Virus record (IMG/VR): IMGVR_UViG_3300041991_000007
Coordinates: 1 to 62,870 of that record
DNA length: 62,870 bases
From: a virus
Taxonomy: Duplodnaviria; Caudoviricetes
Strand: one strand, 5' to 3'
Part shown: positions 34,313-44,883 of the stretch, in pieces
How the letters are laid out: each line of letters opens with the position of its first letter
Position numbering within the stretch: the stretch's first letter is position 1
Position numbers and translations under genes: made by a program
The notes under the pieces: generated by a model
The model's database searches: none
What the model saw: the letters and a program-made list of their open reading frames with translations, nothing else
Told to the model about the DNA's origin: nothing

Positions 34313-36293
34313 TGATGCAGAACTAGGCCAGTTTGGTTTAGGGGAAGTAGCCAATACTAAACTAGAAGACGAGTTGTCGCAGTTAGTACAGCGGCACTAC
34401 CTAGATGCGCGTCAGCATAAGATGAACGCAGGAATTACAGAGCGTTTACTACGAAACTTACGCGCCAAGAAATGTAAGTATCAACCAGACGAAGAGACAT
34501 TACTAGGCCCATATAATGATGTATATGTGGGATTATGCTCGCTAAAAGCGCGGGCAGCCTCGTCGTGGCTTATTGACATAATCTCAAGTAATCTAGATAA
34601 ACCTTGGACACTTGACCCTACGCCAGAACCAGAGCTACCTGAAAAATTAATGGAGCAAGCTATACAGATGCTTCTCCAAGAGCTACCTAATTTTAATTCG
34701 TTTGACGCATTAAAAGATAGGGCTACTCAAGTTAAATCTGCGCTACAAGACTTTAGCCAAAAGGAAGCTAAAGACGCTACACAAAGAATGGAGACGCGCA
34801 TTAATGACCAGATGACAGAAGCAGACTGGCTTAATGTGTACGCTAACTACGTAGATGATTTGACAGTATTTCCTACGGCATTTATGCGTGGGCCAATAGA
34901 AGTTAATACTTTAGACCCTGAATGGAAAGGTAATCAATTTGTGGTTAAGCAGAAGGCTGTACCGCATATGCGGGTAATCAGTCCTTTCGATGCTTACCCT
35001 GCCCCTAACGCCACCAGCATACAACATAGTGAATATTTCATCGAAGCGCGTGAATGGAGACACGCCGAGGTTCATAATCTTATAGGTGTACCTACTTTTG
35101 TAGAATCTACTATTCGACAGGTATTAAAAGCATACGAAGATGGCTACGTTCCGACAAAGATGGAAGATAATGTCAGAGCTAATCTTGAAGATAGGGACAA
35201 GATTCTACGTCACAAAAAAGGGTTGGAAGTTGTTATCTTCAACGGTAAGATTCTTGGGAAGCATCTAGTAAAGTTCGGCGCAATCATAGATGATCCGCAA
35301 AAGTTTTATGAAGCGGAAGTATGGTGCATAGGTGCTTACACAATTCGAGCCGTACTTAATCCTAGTCCCGTAGGTGCGCGTCCTGTCTACTGCACTTCGT
35401 ATACCAAAGTTAATGGTAGTATATGGGGGCAAAGCGTAATTGATTTAGTATATGATACACAGCGCGTATGTAACGCAGCCGTGCGATCATTAGTGCGTAA
35501 TATGGGTTACGCTAGCGGCCCTATTGGTGAAGTAATCAATGATCGACTTGCAGAGACAGAAGATGAACTATCTATAGCACCATATAAAATCTATAGAGTA
35601 GGCCCAGATATTACAGGAACAGGTGCGCCAGCATTCCGTTTCCATAATGTCACATCTATCTCTAAGGATTTAATGGATGTATTCCAGCAATTCAGTAAGG
35701 TAGCCGATGATTTATCTGGTGTACCTGCATATGTTTTAGGTAATCCACAAGTAGCAGGCGCAGGTAGAACCCTAGGCGGTTTATCTATGCTAATGGGTAA
35801 TGCGGCTAAAGGTATTAAACAGGTACAGCTTAATATAGATAGAGATATTATATCTAGAGTAGTAGGTGCATACTACTATTACAATATGTCTACGTCTAAT
35901 GATCCGGGTATTAAAGCTGATGCTAAGGTAGTAGCACGCGGCGCGACAGGTCTACTACAGCGAGAACTTGCACAGACTCGCACAGTCGAAGTGTTACAGC
36001 TATTGACTCCGTATGCTGCGCAGGGTTTAATAGACAAGAACGCGCTAGATTATATCCTACGCGCTATCCTGCAAGGCACTGGATTGCCGGTAGATAAGAT
36101 AGTCCCTGACCCGGATGCGGCCTCAAATGTACAGGATTTGGCTAGCCTACTAGGTAGTCAAGGGCAGGGAAGTCAAACACAGGCGTTCAACCGTGGAACA
36201 AGTACGCCAGTGCAGCTACCCCCGCAAAGCCAGCCACCGCCTATGGCAAGTGGTGGAGCACCATTTCCACAAGTAGGTTCAATGGCGCATTAG
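34302..36293 (+). CDS. Portal protein
   Basis: 663 aa; SPFD.YP, G.S..D.V.D.QR.CNA, SG.P and RT.GG.SMLM motifs; position. Confidence 0.88.
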   Translation: MATDDAELGQFGLGEVANTKLEDELSQLVQRHYLDARQHKMNAGITERLLRNLRAKKCKYQPDEETLLGPYNDVYVGLCSLKARAASSWLIDIISSNLDKPWTLDPTPEPELPEKLMEQAIQMLLQELPNFNSFDALKDRATQVKSALQDFSQKEAKDATQRMETRINDQMTEADWLNVYANYVDDLTVFPTAFMRGPIEVNTLDPEWKGNQFVVKQKAVPHMRVISPFDAYPAPNATSIQHSEYFIEAREWRHAEVHNLIGVPTFVESTIRQVLKAYEDGYVPTKMEDNVRANLEDRDKILRHKKGLEVVIFNGKILGKHLVKFGAIIDDPQKFYEAEVWCIGAYTIRAVLNPSPVGARPVYCTSYTKVNGSIWGQSVIDLVYDTQRVCNAAVRSLVRNMGYASGPIGEVINDRLAETEDELSIAPYKIYRVGPDITGTGAPAFRFHNVTSISKDLMDVFQQFSKVADDLSGVPAYVLGNPQVAGAGRTLGGLSMLMGNAAKGIKQVQLNIDRDIISRVVGAYYYYNMSTSNDPGIKADAKVVARGATGLLQRELAQTRTVEVLQLLTPYAAQGLIDKNALDYILRAILQGTGLPVDKIVPDPDAASNVQDLASLLGSQGQGSQTQAFNRGTSTPVQLPPQSQPPPMASGGAPFPQVGSMAH

Positions 36294-36308
36294 CGCATAG
36301 GTGATAAT

Positions 36309-36557
36309 ATGTCAAAGCAAAATAGCATGACCAGCAATCCGGGTGCGCAAGGCTACGCCAGTTTTGGTAGCAGCTTTAAGCAGGAAACTAGCAATATAAA
36401 GGGTAGTAGCCTACCCATGTCGCAGACTATCGCTAATCCGGGCAAAGGCCCGATGAACCCTAGTGGTGGCGGCAAAGGCCCAGCGATGCTTAAGTTCGGC
36501 CCGGCTAAGGTTCCGAAGCCCGCAAAGAACCGGGCAGGATTTACTACATCGGATTAA
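36309..36557 (+). CDS. Small basic virion-associated protein
   Basis: 82-aa ORF after the portal. Confidence 0.55.
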   Translation: MSKQNSMTSNPGAQGYASFGSSFKQETSNIKGSSLPMSQTIANPGKGPMNPSGGGKGPAMLKFGPAKVPKPAKNRAGFTTSD

Positions 36558-36559
36558 TT

Positions 36560-36760
36560 ATGGATAAGAGTTTACTAGACGATGTACGTAGAGCGAGCGC
36601 TACAGGGGTCAATAGACCCCTGTTAGCATATTGGAAGGCAAGATTAGAAGAACTTAAAAATAATCTGATTCATGGTAGCCCTGAAATGTATAGAGAGATA
36701 CGTGGACGGGCACTAGAAGCAGAAGAATTTATTAAAATCCTCGAAAGTGTAAAGGAGTAA
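36560..36760 (+). CDS. Small head-morphogenesis protein
   Basis: 66-aa helical ORF (EIRGRA) before the scaffold. Confidence 0.55.
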   Translation: MDKSLLDDVRRASATGVNRPLLAYWKARLEELKNNLIHGSPEMYREIRGRALEAEEFIKILESVKE

Positions 36761-36764
36761 TACA

Positions 36765-37730
36765 ATGGCTGAGAATGTATCTGCGTTGCCTAGCTCAATG
36801 CAAGCACGTCGCGCTGCTTTGGAAACACAGAATAATGATCCTGCATCTGCCCCGGCACCTGCCCCGGCACCTGCCCCGGCACCTACACCTACTCCAACTG
36901 AACCTGTAGAGGCTAAGGTTACTATTAGCCGCGCAGAATTCAATGACCTACAGGCGGCGGCTGGCAAGGCCCGCGCTGCCGAAGGGCGCACCGAAGCGCT
37001 GCAAATGGACGTGGAAGCCCTCACCCGGCGCTTGACAGAGCTTGAGGATGGCTCTAAGGGTAGTCCCAAGCCCGCAGCAAAGCCCGCAGCGAGCGCAGAT
37101 CCATGGGAACCGACACCAGTTGAGTACAGCGAAGATGATCTGAAAGACTACGGCGAAAGCAAAGGTTTTGTCGCTAAGGTTATTCAGGAAGCTTTAAATA
37201 AAGAGCTACCTAAGATCGTTGCCCGGCTCGACGCTATCGAAGAACAGATTACTGGCGTCCGTACTATCGCAGAAGGAGCCTCTAAGACTGCAAGTGGGGT
37301 AAAGGCTAAAACCTATACTGACCAAGTGCGGGAAAAGGTAGGTAACTTTGATGAATGCACAGGACATAAAAACTGGCGTGACTTCACCGAAGCGACAGAT
37401 CCAGATACAGGATATACTTACGCAGAACTAATCCAAAACAATTTCGCTAGAGAGAATGTTATTGGTATGGTTCGTGTGTTTGATAAGTTTAAGGAGAAGT
37501 ACGGCGTAGGCAAAGCCCCGGCAGCTACAGGTTATGAAGGGGGAATGCCGAACGGTGGTGGCGGATCGGATGAAGAAATCGACACCGGCCCGAAAATGCT
37601 ACCGTTTAGCAAGCGAAAGGAAGCGCACAAGCAATACATCAACAAGGAAATCAGTTACGAAGACTACGAGCGTATTAAGTCTGAGTATGACGCCGCCGAC
37701 CGTGAAGGCCGAGTGGATTATAACAAGTAA
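36765..37730 (+). CDS. Scaffolding protein
   Basis: PA-repeat N-terminus, coiled coil, A.REGRV C-terminus; precedes the capsid gene. Confidence 0.75.
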   Translation: MAENVSALPSSMQARRAALETQNNDPASAPAPAPAPAPAPTPTPTEPVEAKVTISRAEFNDLQAAAGKARAAEGRTEALQMDVEALTRRLTELEDGSKGSPKPAAKPAASADPWEPTPVEYSEDDLKDYGESKGFVAKVIQEALNKELPKIVARLDAIEEQITGVRTIAEGASKTASGVKAKTYTDQVREKVGNFDECTGHKNWRDFTEATDPDTGYTYAELIQNNFARENVIGMVRVFDKFKEKYGVGKAPAATGYEGGMPNGGGGSDEEIDTGPKMLPFSKRKEAHKQYINKEISYEDYERIKSEYDAADREGRVDYNK

Positions 37731-37746
37731 GATCGGAGAATAGAAA

Positions 37747-38682
37747 ATGGCCGTACCTGCCGCAAGTGGCTACCCCCAGTACAGCAATAGTCTTATTACA
37801 CCGCTTTTCCGCATGGACTTGCTGGAACGGTTCTATACCACCACGGTCTACAGCGATATTTCTACCACGGAATATACTGGTGACTTGCAGAAGGGTGGCG
37901 ACCAGATTACCTTCATGCGTGAACCGAAGGTAGTTGTTCGAGACTACGATAAGAATGGTAAGATCATCCACGACACCATTGATGGTGAACCCGTGACGAT
38001 GACGATTGATTACGCCAAGACGTTCTCAATCAAGATGAATCACATCGACGAACGCCAGATTCAGAACTTCGACAAGTGGAAGGCTGCCTTCCTTAAGTCT
38101 GCGGGTTATGAACTGACACGGGCCATTGACCCGCAGTTGATGACTGAAATGTGGACGAATGTTGCAGCGTATAACCAAGGCGCTACCGCAGGTCTAGTAT
38201 CTAAGAATATCAACTTAGGTACTACCGGCGCTCCGCTAGCAGTTACTTCGGCTACAATTCCGCTAGTGCTAGCGCAGGTTTATCAGGTTCTAGATGAAGC
38301 CCTAGCTCCGCGCGAAGGTCGATTCATGGTGCTACCGTCTGCCGCAATCACTGTGCTAAAGAATAGTGAACTGCGTTTAGCGTATGCTACCGGACTAAAT
38401 AGCTCACCGATGGTCAATGGTAAGCTACCGGCAGATATCGCAGGATTTACCATTCTAGAGTCGCAGAACGTCCCGAGTGTAATGGACACTGGTGTTCGTG
38501 CCTACCATGTGGTCGCCGGCGTAAAGATGGCTACCGCATTCGCGGCTCAGATCGAAGATAGCCGTGTTGTCACGGATAAGGACGATTGGGCGAACTACTA
38601 CCAGGGTCTATCGGTATACGGCTTCAAGGTTCTATACCCGGACGCTCTGGTTCACCTGTACGCTTCGTTCAGCGCAAGCTAA
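37747..38682 (+). CDS. Major capsid protein (HK97 fold)
   Basis: T.YTG.L...GD.I, P.EGRF.V, G.IAGF.I.ES.NVP, GL.VYG.KV motifs. Confidence 0.9.
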   Translation: MAVPAASGYPQYSNSLITPLFRMDLLERFYTTTVYSDISTTEYTGDLQKGGDQITFMREPKVVVRDYDKNGKIIHDTIDGEPVTMTIDYAKTFSIKMNHIDERQIQNFDKWKAAFLKSAGYELTRAIDPQLMTEMWTNVAAYNQGATAGLVSKNINLGTTGAPLAVTSATIPLVLAQVYQVLDEALAPREGRFMVLPSAAITVLKNSELRLAYATGLNSSPMVNGKLPADIAGFTILESQNVPSVMDTGVRAYHVVAGVKMATAFAAQIEDSRVVTDKDDWANYYQGLSVYGFKVLYPDALVHLYASFSAS

Positions 38683-38709
38683 TAGACTAATAGCGGGAGT
38701 AAATAAGAA

Positions 38710-39306
38710 ATGGCAACACATCAGTTATATGAAGGCGGCCCTGCTAATAGTACACTTGCCCGTACTCAGTGGCCCGCGTATACCTTCAGCGCAGCAGACC
38801 CGAAGTTTGCTGAGGTCGATGTATCGCAGCATTACGGTACTCCGTATGCCGTGCTACGTCGAGTCTTAGACTTTAAGAATGACTTGGCGCTACGTCGTTA
38901 CTTTACGGATAATGCCGTAGCGTCTACAGATACGCTTAACCTGATTCTAATTCCGAAAGGATGCTTAGTATTAGGTGCGTATCTTGAAGTCGAAGCTCCG
39001 GCAGATGGTGGCGCGATTACGGCTACCGCAGTGACGGCTGGTGGCACCATCTTCGGTAATTCGTCTGGTGCGGTCGCAGTTGATCTAGCTACAGCCGGGG
39101 CACGTTTCTCTGCGCCTGCTGGTGCGTGGATCACAGCTAGTGGTGCAATGTCACTAGCTACAGCGCAGGCAGTCCTAACGCCTGACATGGCCCAGCTTGT
39201 ATTAGCCACAAAGGCTACTGCGGGATTAGCTGGTTTCGGTAATCTACGTCTGAATTATTCGCTGATGATTGTTCAGGCCCGAGAGAACCCGGCCACTAAC
39301 TTCTAA
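38710..39306 (+). CDS. Capsid decoration/minor structural protein
   Basis: Beta-rich protein (IPKG..V) directly after the MCP. Confidence 0.6.
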   Translation: MATHQLYEGGPANSTLARTQWPAYTFSAADPKFAEVDVSQHYGTPYAVLRRVLDFKNDLALRRYFTDNAVASTDTLNLILIPKGCLVLGAYLEVEAPADGGAITATAVTAGGTIFGNSSGAVAVDLATAGARFSAPAGAWITASGAMSLATAQAVLTPDMAQLVLATKATAGLAGFGNLRLNYSLMIVQARENPATNF

Positions 39307-39317
39307 GGTGAATACAG

Positions 39318-39485
39318 ATGGCAAGTATGCAGTATGAAGAGGGTAAGGTGTATCTACGTGACGTGCGTTCTGGACAGATTTATCTGTACGAAAGGAATCT
39401 AGCTAGCAACAAGAACTTTGAAGCGCACATCCCGAACCCGGTCAAGGAAGAAGTTAAGCCCGAACCCGAAGGGGATGGTGAGTAA
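39318..39485 (+). CDS. Hypothetical protein (55 aa)
   Basis: Hand-translated MASMQYEEGKVYLRDVRSGQIY...; AAGGTG RBS. Confidence 0.6.
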   Translation: MASMQYEEGKVYLRDVRSGQIYLYERNLASNKNFEAHIPNPVKEEVKPEPEGDGE

Positions 39486-39512
39486 GTAGGTGCAGTAAAC
39501 TAGGAGCGAGTA

Positions 39513-40220
39513 ATGAATACAGTTGGTCAGTATCTTACTCACGCATCTACCCAGCTTAATGACCAGCGTTATGGCCGCGCCTTCACTCGTTGGGGGCGCG
39601 GCTTGCTTTTGGACTACATGAATCTTGGGTTATCGGAAATAGGTACATATTTTCCCGATGATTTTACCCAGACGATTGAAGTAACGCTAAAGCCGGGACG
39701 TGAGCAAAGTATAGATACAATTAACAATATAGTCTCTGTCACTAATAATGCTGACGGAACGCCTCTGACAGTCATGGATCAAGGACTATCGGAGAGCTTT
39801 GCTGTGTATGATATTTGCCAGCCAAGCATAAACTTTGTAAATGGGGAACCAGTATACAGGGCCGTGTCTTATGCAATACGTAGAGAAGATGCACGAAAAT
39901 TTATAGTAGAGCCACCTGTACCACAAGGTATGGCGCCTATCTTACTAGTAAGTATTGATGGGGCGATACCAGAGTATACTACGGCAGACTGGGATTCTCC
40001 ACACAATGTACCGCCTAAATATACTAATCCTTTGATGGATTTTATATTAGGTAAAGCTTTAGGGCTTAATATGGAGTCAGTGTCTTCGCAAGCAGAGAGT
40101 CGAGAGCACTTACAGCGATTCTATTCCGTACTCGGTATTAACTATAAACAGTCTTCCCGATTTAATTCTGGCTACTATCAGGGTAAGACAGGTGATGGCG
40201 ATAAACGGGCAGGGCCATGA
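39513..40220 (+). CDS. Head-tail adaptor
   Basis: A...LND.....RW....LL.Y.N motif; position. Confidence 0.7.
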   Translation: MNTVGQYLTHASTQLNDQRYGRAFTRWGRGLLLDYMNLGLSEIGTYFPDDFTQTIEVTLKPGREQSIDTINNIVSVTNNADGTPLTVMDQGLSESFAVYDICQPSINFVNGEPVYRAVSYAIRREDARKFIVEPPVPQGMAPILLVSIDGAIPEYTTADWDSPHNVPPKYTNPLMDFILGKALGLNMESVSSQAESREHLQRFYSVLGINYKQSSRFNSGYYQGKTGDGDKRAGP

Positions 40221-40855
40221 ACCAACCTAACTTTACATCTCTAGATTATCTAGATAGCGTGCCGTTAAATACCCTTTTACGGCATGTACTCCCGTTTGTG
40301 CCTAAAGTTCCACAAGCAATGGCACTCGATTTACTACGCCAGAAGTATATCGAGTTTGCTAGGCGCACTCGTATACTTTGCTGCGAGATAGTCAAAGATT
40401 ATCAATCTGGCGTATCAGATTACTACTTAACTGCTCCAGACGACCATGAAATATATTCTATCGTGGGCATAGAAGGTGGACGTTATGGGTATTACTGGTA
40501 CGGTATGGAGCGAGTGGGTTGGCAGACACAATTTGACGTTATAGATAACAACTGCATAGTATTACGCCAAACCCCTAGCGTAGACCTAAAATCAGGTTTA
40601 AAAGTATATGTGACTCTGTTGCCGCAAGAATGCATAGACTATATGCCTAAAAGTATAGCGTTACCTTTTGGGCAGAAGATAGGTAGAGCAGTAGTGGGAG
40701 ATTTGCTAAATCTTCCCGGTAAAGATTGGACTAACCCAGCACTAGCTAGGAAATACGAATTAGATTATGAGAGGGTGCTATTATCTGCTAGAGCACTAGC
40801 AGTATCTAACAGAAAAGTAGATAGTAACTCAATAAAGCCTATACGTATACTATGA
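40217..40855 (+). CDS. Tail adaptor/tubular protein
   Basis: V.P..P..P.....L......F and L..PGKDW.NP motifs. Confidence 0.65.
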   Translation: MNQPNFTSLDYLDSVPLNTLLRHVLPFVPKVPQAMALDLLRQKYIEFARRTRILCCEIVKDYQSGVSDYYLTAPDDHEIYSIVGIEGGRYGYYWYGMERVGWQTQFDVIDNNCIVLRQTPSVDLKSGLKVYVTLLPQECIDYMPKSIALPFGQKIGRAVVGDLLNLPGKDWTNPALARKYELDYERVLLSARALAVSNRKVDSNSIKPIRIL

Positions 40856-41289
40856 AAATTCCATACCCTATAGTTAGTAAGAAAAATCCTTTCTTCTATA
40901 TAGCAGTTTCAGGCATTGACTTATCCTCGATAACAACTACCGGGGATACTAAGTTGCAAGTATATAGGGTTTGGAAGAATACTAGTAATACAGATACTCC
41001 CGTAGATACTACATCGCTTAATTCTCCGCCTGATTATGTATCGCAGTATAATGTACCGCCCTACTATACAGGGGATAATACCCAAGCAAGTGCGGCTATT
41101 AATCCTGTAAACTATGCTCCTTCTGACCAGAAAAAGAATAGGTTTACATTCGTATTCGATAGCCAACTATTTGATATGGATGGTGGACGGTATAGAGCAG
41201 ATTTCTACTATAAAGGAACATATGTTTCTTGTGCATACCTAGAATACGACAAAGATAGTGCAGCAATAGCAGGTAGCGCAAATGTTTAA
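40852..41289 (+). CDS. Putative virion structural protein
   Basis: Ig-like beta-rich C-terminus (GRY.A). Confidence 0.5.
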   Translation: MKIPYPIVSKKNPFFYIAVSGIDLSSITTTGDTKLQVYRVWKNTSNTDTPVDTTSLNSPPDYVSQYNVPPYYTGDNTQASAAINPVNYAPSDQKKNRFTFVFDSQLFDMDGGRYRADFYYKGTYVSCAYLEYDKDSAAIAGSANV

Positions 41290-41770
41290 AAGTTTATATG
41301 GATTATGCGGAGAGCTAACAGCCGCACTCACCAATTTTGCTACGTCAATTACAGTAGATGATGAACTATTAGCGAAGTTACGTATAGCGCTTAAAGGTTC
41401 AGATTATACTTACCTAATAATTAAAACTACCACAACCTATGAGATTGTGCGTACTAATAGTTTTGTAGGTAATAATATAGGAGTTATACGCGCACAAGAT
41501 AGTACCACTGCGCAGGCATTCGCCTCTGGAACTACAGTAGAGTTTGTGATGGGCGACCAAGCTATCGCAGATATGATTAGCGATCGCATGTTAGGCCAAA
41601 TAACACTAACTGGTACAGGTATAATTGAAGTAACTAAAACATCCGATACAAGTTATAGCATTTACGCGCCGCCAGTCAGCATCGTATCTGAATCTAGTAA
41701 AGTGTTAGTCGGTGGCGAATACCCTAATTTTGTACTATCTGCACCTTTGGTAAGCGGCTGCTGTGATTAA
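41282..41770 (+). CDS. Tail fibre anchor-domain protein (paralogue 1, anchor only)
   Basis: Y.YL....EIV....RAQD.T..Q.F..G domain; ends in GCCD. Confidence 0.7.
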   Translation: MFKSLYGLCGELTAALTNFATSITVDDELLAKLRIALKGSDYTYLIIKTTTTYEIVRTNSFVGNNIGVIRAQDSTTAQAFASGTTVEFVMGDQAIADMISDRMLGQITLTGTGIIEVTKTSDTSYSIYAPPVSIVSESSKVLVGGEYPNFVLSAPLVSGCCD

Positions 41771-42710
41771 GAGATTATATCTAGCCAATGGAACTATAGT
41801 ATCTCCGTTAGACAAATCGTCAAATGATATAGCGGTAGATACAAGTATTGCTACTCTTCTCCAAGATAACTTAAACTTGGGCGATCACTGCTATCTAACT
41901 CTACTATATAAAGATAATCTAGAAGTAATAAAAATACGTCGAGATTATTCAGGATTTCGAGTAGATAGAGGGCAGGATGGTACGGTGCAATACAGTTTTC
42001 CTGCTGGCGCCCAGCTAGTATATAGACTGACTAGTGCGGAGATATCCGATGCAGCTACAGTATTGGACTGGAATATCTACGCTAGTGGGTATGGATTCGC
42101 CACAGTAGTAGGCGGCAATGGCACTTGGGAAATAGGTTTAGATGCCATACACGCAGATACGGTAGGTGGATTAACTACTCGTGTAGAGGATAATGAACTA
42201 GTAATTTCAGATAATATAGGAGCTTTTGGATGCTGCGATGGTGGATTAACTGGGGCACCTTTTATTCCAGGCCCATTCTTCTATCTAACTAGTATGCTAT
42301 ATCCACAGGAATCTATAGAGGCAGTAACCCCAAATCCGAAAGATAGATTAGGTAGCCCAATACCGCCTATTTCATTTGATTCTCAGTGGTGGCTACTAAC
42401 GCAGCCGTCCGTATTAGATAAATATGTAGGGCACGATATAAGCTTGCTAGATTGGGAAAACTACGGTGGAGAGGCTACATTTACTGCCCCTACAGATAAA
42501 TATATCCTACCCACAGTAGGAGTAGGAGTATTTGAAGATTGGTTAGAGTACGGAGGACAAAAAGAATTTACCGTACCCCCTGAAAAGTACATACTAACTA
42601 ATTGCTATCCACTTGAAATGCTTATGTATGGCGGAGAAGTAGACTACCCGCGTGCATTAGATAAGTACATACTACCTACAATTTCACTACTAGATTGGAC
42701 ACTATCGTAA
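41763..42710 (+). CDS. Tail fibre protein (paralogue 2) with C-terminal repeats
   Basis: Same anchor (RGQDGT), GCCD, then DKYILPT..DW..YGG repeats. Confidence 0.7.
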   Translation: MIKRLYLANGTIVSPLDKSSNDIAVDTSIATLLQDNLNLGDHCYLTLLYKDNLEVIKIRRDYSGFRVDRGQDGTVQYSFPAGAQLVYRLTSAEISDAATVLDWNIYASGYGFATVVGGNGTWEIGLDAIHADTVGGLTTRVEDNELVISDNIGAFGCCDGGLTGAPFIPGPFFYLTSMLYPQESIEAVTPNPKDRLGSPIPPISFDSQWWLLTQPSVLDKYVGHDISLLDWENYGGEATFTAPTDKYILPTVGVGVFEDWLEYGGQKEFTVPPEKYILTNCYPLEMLMYGGEVDYPRALDKYILPTISLLDWTLS

Positions 42711-43735
42711 TGGGCAGAATAATTCTTCCGCAAAAGAAGTTACCCGCGAATACTCTACTCATGCATATGGGTGCGGCAGGTTTTTATCGCCTAGAAGTGA
42801 ATAAAGCGGAATCTAATCTTCTAGTAAAAGATACGGGATGGTTTAAAAATATCATCACAGATCGTGGTTTGGTTGAATGGTATATATTGCCTAAATTCGG
42901 ATCATTCGATGATTCAGGCGATATAGCTTCCAACTGCTGCGTAGGGACTGGTAATACTACACCGGCTACTACAGATGTACAGCTTGCAGCCTATCTAGCT
43001 AGTGCTTCAAGCACAACAGGTGGTGGCACTGGTGGCTACCCCGGCAAAGCTTCGGCTGGATATGTAGCAGCCGCAGGAGCCGAACCTGCTTACTGGTATG
43101 CACGTTATACCTATCAGTTTGGTACAGGTGTAGCCGCAGGTAACTTAACCGAAGTAGGAACCTACCCCGGTGGAGCTTCTTATAGCGCAGATTTATTTAG
43201 TCGAGCGCTTATATTAGATGATATGGGAAATCCTACTTCTATTACTGTACTAAGCGATGAAATACTAACTGTAACATGGGAACTTCGTTGGTATTTAGAT
43301 ACTACAGATCATTCGTTTAGCTTTAATTTAAATGGTAGTCCATTAACAGGAACTTATCGTCTCTTTAATGGAGCCACTCAACTAGCTAATACTGGAAATG
43401 TGAGCGCAGGATACACAAACATAACTCTATACTCAGGAGATATAGTTTCTGCGTTAAGTGGTTCGCCTACAGGCCAATTAGGTAATATTAATAGTAACTA
43501 TTATACTATACCTATAGTACAATTTGTTAATGACCTATCTAATTCTGGTACTTGCTATATAGATAAGCGAGGAACTTTCCCTACTAATAATGGGACAGGT
43601 ACTATAGCTTCATTTACATATCAGTATCATATGTGGTCGTATCAGTTTGGGGCTTTAAGTATACCTATAACCAAAACTATAGGTCAGCAATTACAGGTTA
43701 ACTTCCGAAATTCATGGGCTAGGTATACCCCATAA
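42695..43735 (+). CDS. Tail/adsorption protein
   Basis: WF.N.IT..GL, C.VGTG...P, F..G.AAGNL.EVG, LFSRALI.D..G.P.SITVL.DE.L motifs, which I recall from Xanthomonas/Stenotrophomonas phage tail modules. Confidence 0.7.
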   Translation: MDTIVMGRIILPQKKLPANTLLMHMGAAGFYRLEVNKAESNLLVKDTGWFKNIITDRGLVEWYILPKFGSFDDSGDIASNCCVGTGNTTPATTDVQLAAYLASASSTTGGGTGGYPGKASAGYVAAAGAEPAYWYARYTYQFGTGVAAGNLTEVGTYPGGASYSADLFSRALILDDMGNPTSITVLSDEILTVTWELRWYLDTTDHSFSFNLNGSPLTGTYRLFNGATQLANTGNVSAGYTNITLYSGDIVSALSGSPTGQLGNINSNYYTIPIVQFVNDLSNSGTCYIDKRGTFPTNNGTGTIASFTYQYHMWSYQFGALSIPITKTIGQQLQVNFRNSWARYTP

Positions 43736-44319
43736 TGGCGATGCCTAATGATTCTTTATCGCAAGTAACTGTACGTTACGCGTGGAAAGGTGCCCCTCAA
43801 GACGATCCAACTAGCTTACAAGACTATGAGTTAGGTGGAGTAGGGCTTAATGATACGTCTAAAGGATTGCAATATCAGTTATGGACGTTTGATGCCATAG
43901 GAGATACTGTATACGTATCTGCCCCTAATACGTCAGGACGTATACAACTTATACAAGTAGCAGGGACTATAGAAGGTATAGCGGCTACTTTCGACCAGAA
44001 CATGAATCCCTTTGTCGCGTATAGTCAGGGTGCGCAATGGCACTATTGGTGGTATGATCCACTAGTAGGGCACATGGTAATAAGCGATTTACCTTCCGCT
44101 ATAGACTCATGTAGAGTATGCTTAGACGATAGACGCGATTGGCAAATAGCTGCTTCCGATATACTATTATTTTACACAAGAAATGGAAATCTGTACCATC
44201 GTAGGCAACGAGATAGATATACCGCAGAGCTACTACTTCGCGAAGGTGTAGGTGGTAAATTAGTACGAGCCGATATGAATGGGATAAATAGATTACAGCT
44301 AAAGTTGCAGGTAGGATAA
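43735..44319 (+). CDS. Tail/adsorption protein
   Basis: DYELGG..L.D.S.GL..Q.W, FDQNM.P, LDDRR, QRDRY..E motifs; usual partner of the preceding gene. Confidence 0.7.
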   Translation: MAMPNDSLSQVTVRYAWKGAPQDDPTSLQDYELGGVGLNDTSKGLQYQLWTFDAIGDTVYVSAPNTSGRIQLIQVAGTIEGIAATFDQNMNPFVAYSQGAQWHYWWYDPLVGHMVISDLPSAIDSCRVCLDDRRDWQIAASDILLFYTRNGNLYHRRQRDRYTAELLLREGVGGKLVRADMNGINRLQLKLQVG

Positions 44320-44883
44320 GTGAAAAGAGCATATCTTACTAATGGTAGTTTAGCTGCATTAGCTAGGCCGCAAGATAATATACTACTAGTAGATACCGAT
44401 ACATGGATGTATCTAAACAGTATTCTTAGCGGGGATTACTGCTATTTAGTAGTGGACAACCTAGAGGTAGTTAAGGTACAATCCCTAGAAGCCCCGAACG
44501 TCCTATTAGTTGTACGTGGGATAGATGAAACCAAACGAGGTACATGGGGTATAGGAACATCTATAAAATACGGGATAACTGGCGCAGAAATAAACGATGC
44601 AGTAACACATACTGGGACTAATATAACTGCGACTTATCCACTTACATATATAGATGGGATATTGAGTTACCCTGAAATGGACATATTAGGGATAGGTGGA
44701 ATCACTGTAAATGGTAGTAATGAAGGATCATGGATGATACAGAATATACCCGATAACGTAGGTTGCGGCTGCTTAGAAACAGCATTACCGCCCCCAATAC
44801 CGCTAAGGTATTTTCATTTGCGTATAGTTACCGAAGGTTACTATAGAAGCACAGAAAATGGTGACTATAGAGGTTACTTATAA
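44320..44883 (+). CDS. Tail fibre anchor-domain protein (paralogue 3)
   Basis: Same anchor (DYCYL..LEVVKV..VRG.D.T) and GCGC. Confidence 0.7.
   Translation: MKRAYLTNGSLAALARPQDNILLVDTDTWMYLNSILSGDYCYLVVDNLEVVKVQSLEAPNVLLVVRGIDETKRGTWGIGTSIKYGITGAEINDAVTHTGTNITATYPLTYIDGILSYPEMDILGIGGITVNGSNEGSWMIQNIPDNVGCGCLETALPPPIPLRYFHLRIVTEGYYRSTENGDYRGYL

Noticed and set aside
36839-36900. 12-nt tandem repeat (cctgccccggca) as a regulatory or contingency locus
   Set aside because: It is an in-frame Pro-Ala linker of the scaffold protein; a unit length divisible by 3 gives no phase variation.
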